A program made the position numbers and the translations under genes. A stretch of 28,085 nucleotides of DNA. It comes from Candidatus Heimdallarchaeota archaeon. Its GTDB lineage: Archaea > Asgardarchaeota > Heimdallarchaeia > Heimdallarchaeales > Kariarchaeaceae. Positions 25,499 to 28,085 of the stretch are shown here, piece by piece. The stretch spans positions 1-28,085 of the forward strand of contig WAKA01000213.1 of NCBI GenBank assembly GCA_015523565.1. The letters run 5' to 3'. The notes under the pieces are model-generated. The model was given only the letters and a program-made list of their open reading frames with translations. It searched no databases and was not told where the DNA came from. How positions within the stretch are numbered: position 1 is the stretch's first letter; each line of letters begins with the position of its first letter.

Positions 25499-26866
25499 CT
25501 AAATTTTGGTATTTTCCAGCTTCTTGAGTTTTTTGAGCCAAGGTTCAAAATTTTGTGGATCTGGATAGTTTTTCATGTGCTTTTGAATATTCTTGGCAAG
25601 ATTTACAGTCTTTCTCAGATCCCATAGAACGCGAGGACGACCAATTCCACGAAGGGCACGTTGAATTAAGGGAAGCTCCCTATCAGGCTCATTGACCATC
25701 ATGAGAACATCATGTTCCTCAATGATACCTTTACGCATAATCCAATCAAGAACATCCATACCATGTTTCAAGTAAAATTTTACAATGGCAATGCCCCAAC
25801 TGAACTCAACTCCATAAGTATGGGCAATCCAGCGATTATATTCCCACAGACCTTCTTCAGACCAATCACCTTTTTTGATTGCATCTATTGCATACATCCC
25901 AGCTTTTGCACCACTTAAGATTGCAGGTCCGTGTCCTTCCCCTGTTAATGGATTGGCCAAGGCGCCTGCATCACCTGCAGCCATAAAACCATTATGTACC
26001 AAACTTGGCAAGGGAAGCCGTGCAGGAATTTGGTGACCCTGGCTTGCCAATACCTCACATTTAGGGAAGTATCTTTCCCTTACACGTGAATTGATTTTCC
26101 GAAGGTTTTTTCCGACGTTTTTCTCATACAGCATATAACCGAGACCAATGTTAAGTTCTTTTTCACCTCTGCTGAAAAACCAATAATATCCAGGCATGAC
26201 TTCCTCTATTTCAGGAACATATGTCAAGAAGATTGACTTCTGGAATGGATGTGGTTCTGGTGTGCGGATTATCTCACGATACGCTGCAATCATCTCATGC
26301 TTGGGAATACGTTTTGGGAATTTTTGGCACATTGAATCAGGAAGTCGAGCACGAACAGCACCACTTGCGCCAGACGCATCAATTGTAATCTTTGAACGGA
26401 TTTCAAAATTCCCTTTTTCTTGGTTATAACATTTGAGACCTTTCAGAAAGCCATCTTCAATAATTGTATTCATCACCCGTGTATTCGGAATTACAGTTAC
26501 ATCAGGAATTTTCATGAGTTCTTTCAAAATTTTTTGTCCGTATAGCCATCTATCAACTGTTGAGGTTTTTGAGCCAACAGCAAGGCGGGTTGTTGGGTTC
26601 TTCCCTATTATAACTGCTTCATCGCAATATTCCTTCAATGTGCCATCTTCTTTTGTTGGTATTGGAAATCCGATCCATTTGTTTGCAGTTTCAGGATATT
26701 CAGGGGAAAGAGCATCTCCACAAACCTTGTCCCCTATTTTCTCCAAGGGTTTACGATCAATGACAATTGTCTTGAGTTTTGACTTACCAGTAGCCATTGC
26801 AGCGGCACTACCAGCAGGACCACAACCAACAACCAATATGTCTGCAATTAATGATTCATCAGCCAT
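25499..26866 (-). CDS. Geranylgeranyl reductase family FAD oxidoreductase (digeranylgeranylglycerophospholipid reductase-like)
   Basis: DILVVGCGPAGS, KVCGDA, IDASGA, PGYYWFF (YxWxF), NIGLG and AGDAGALANPLTGEGH. Likely ATG 26866. Confidence 0.9.
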   Translation of the reverse strand: MADESLIADILVVGCGPAGSAAAMATGKSKLKTIVIDRKPLEKIGDKVCGDALSPEYPETANKWIGFPIPTKEDGTLKEYCDEAVIIGKNPTTRLAVGSKTSTVDRWLYGQKILKELMKIPDVTVIPNTRVMNTIIEDGFLKGLKCYNQEKGNFEIRSKITIDASGASGAVRARLPDSMCQKFPKRIPKHEMIAAYREIIRTPEPHPFQKSIFLTYVPEIEEVMPGYYWFFSRGEKELNIGLGYMLYEKNVGKNLRKINSRVRERYFPKCEVLASQGHQIPARLPLPSLVHNGFMAAGDAGALANPLTGEGHGPAILSGAKAGMYAIDAIKKGDWSEEGLWEYNRWIAHTYGVEFSWGIAIVKFYLKHGMDVLDWIMRKGIIEEHDVLMMVNEPDRELPLIQRALRGIGRPRVLWDLRKTVNLAKNIQKHMKNYPDPQNFEPWLKKLKKLENTKI

Positions 26867-27039
26867 CAACACGTCACTTATCGGAGATTTTAGAACTTTT
26901 CTAAGGTCGACCAATCACAGAAGAAGAATTTCTGCTTTATCAAACATATTATGGAAATATCAAAAAGAAAATGGAAATGATGCCATGTCATCCCAAAAGT
27001 TTTATTTTTGTGAATGTACTTTCTCTTTTTAGAAGACAC

Positions 27040-27723
27040 ATGTTCGGTAGAAAAAAAAAGAAGTCGCTAGAGGATTATTATCCAGATCATGAACCATATA
27101 ATGACATTGAAAACATGAAACGTGTCAATTATGTTGAAAATACCGTTTCTGTAGAACACAAGGAATTGGAAAACCTTGTCGATGAGTATTGGGACTTAGT
27201 GCATCCACTTTTGCGGGATTACATTAATTCCTACGCTAAGACTTATGACAAGCTTGTTGAGCTTTATGAAGAAACAAAGCAAAAAGTAGATACCGCTAGA
27301 AGAGCATTGACTCTAGAACAAGAAAATGTCCAGGATCTTTCTGACGAGGTTAGAGAATTGAAAAAAGCATTGGCAAACGAGGCTACTATCCGAAAAGACC
27401 TTGAAGAAAGATTGAAAGACGAACGTTCTGCAATGGAGGCACATTTCAATCAAGAAAAGAAAGCCCTTGAGTTAATTGCTCAAGCAAAATTCCCTGAAGG
27501 GACTGACATTAATGAAATTGTCAAGCAGATATCTGAAAATGTCGGATCGTCGGAGGAAGTAGAACGACTAAGGAGAAAAATACGCGACCTTGAAGACAAA
27601 ATCAAGGAAGAAAGGGAGGAAAACGAAAGAATCCAAGCAGAGCTCTCACAAAGCTTTATGGAGAAAATAGTCAAGGCAGAAGAAATGATTCAGAATTTAA
27701 AGGAAAGACTTGGTGAAGCATAA
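27040..27723 (+). CDS. Hypothetical coiled-coil protein with N-terminal FG-polybasic motif
   Basis: ATG 27040 gives MFGRKKKKSL. Long E/K/R-rich heptad stretches (VQDLSDEVRELKKALANE; VERLRRKIRDLEDKIKEE). Confidence 0.8.
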   Translation: MFGRKKKKSLEDYYPDHEPYNDIENMKRVNYVENTVSVEHKELENLVDEYWDLVHPLLRDYINSYAKTYDKLVELYEETKQKVDTARRALTLEQENVQDLSDEVRELKKALANEATIRKDLEERLKDERSAMEAHFNQEKKALELIAQAKFPEGTDINEIVKQISENVGSSEEVERLRRKIRDLEDKIKEEREENERIQAELSQSFMEKIVKAEEMIQNLKERLGEA

Positions 27724-27784
27724 CCCGCGTATCAAAATATACTTTTTTTAAAGACAAATCATACCTCAGTTTAGAGGATCAACA

Positions 27785-28063
27785 ATGACCGATGTAGAAA
27801 AAGTGAAAGGTGTTGGACCCAAAACTGCCAAAAAACTGCGCGACGGTGGGTTTGACACTGCTGAAAAACTAGCCAAGGCTACAGTAGATGAGATTATTGG
27901 TTTGGGCATCGGTAAAGCTACAGCTTCAAAAATCATTAAAAACGCCGCAGAAGTTTCCACAAAGGTGGAAGAGGCGCCCGAAGCTGTAGAGGCTGAAACT
28001 TCTGCAGAGGCAAAGGCTCCTGCAAAGAAGAAAGCCAAGGAGCCCAAAAAACCTGCAAAGGCT
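27785..28063 (+). CDS. Helix-hairpin-helix domain protein with Ala/Lys/Glu-rich linker (3' truncated; missing from the ORF track)
   Basis: Manual translation MTDVEKVKGVGPKTAKKLRDGGFDTAEKLAKATVDEIIGLGIGKATASKIIKNAAEV...AKAPAKKKAKEPKKPAKA shows two HhH motifs (GVGPKTA, GIGKATA). GAGGA upstream; no stop before the adapter. Confidence 0.88.
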
Positions 28064-28085
28064 CTGTCTCTTATACACATCTCCG
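28064..28085 (+). other. Nextera/Tn5 mosaic-end adapter read-through (sequencing artefact)
   Basis: CTGTCTCTTATACACATCT followed by CCG is an exact match to the Nextera adapter start. Confidence 0.98.

Noticed and set aside
1683-27674. Numerous 60-200 aa ORFs nested in or antisense to the called genes (e.g. 22472..22921, 23271..23822, 26433..27032)
   Set aside because: They are shadow ORFs overlapping well-supported genes and have no motifs of their own.
27040-27723. Firm ESCRT-III/CdvB or SMC call
   Set aside because: Only the N-terminal motif and generic coiled coil are similar; there is no recognisable Snf7 core pattern or ATPase motif.
27766-28080. 104-aa minus-strand ORF beginning MCIRDR
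   Set aside because: Its start lies in the Nextera adapter and the rest is antisense to the HhH gene.
28064-28082. Tn5/IS50 transposon end as a real mobile element
   Set aside because: It sits at the contig terminus, continues into the adapter-specific CCG, and there is no transposase.

Overview
AT-rich, gene-dense archaeal chromosomal window of about 23 CDS. Archaeal origin is supported by CarS, membrane-anchored LonB, ORC1/Cdc6, Trm11, the UPF0200/UPF0201 pair, a COG1107 RecJ-like protein, archaeal asparagine synthetase and a geranylgeranyl reductase. The mix with bacterial-type PlsC and M61 peptidase would fit an Asgard archaeon, but that is inference only. No rRNA, canonical tRNA, CRISPR array or transposase is visible. 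The last 22 nt are untrimmed Nextera adapter. Four leads stand out. (1) A tightly coupled two-gene unit: a class II aaRS-like asparagine synthetase followed by a stand-alone glutamate-synthase FMN domain that lacks its [3Fe-4S] cysteines. (2) A full-length COG1107/HAN-type RecJ homologue in which nearly all DHH catalytic motifs are substituted, i.e. a probable pseudonuclease. (3) An unannotated GC-rich structured RNA with its own TATA box ahead of a small Zn-ribbon gene. (4) An orphan, reversed OppC-OppB permease pair with a PH-like N-terminal fusion, downstream of a DHH phosphoesterase. All family calls come from motif recognition by eye; no database search was run.
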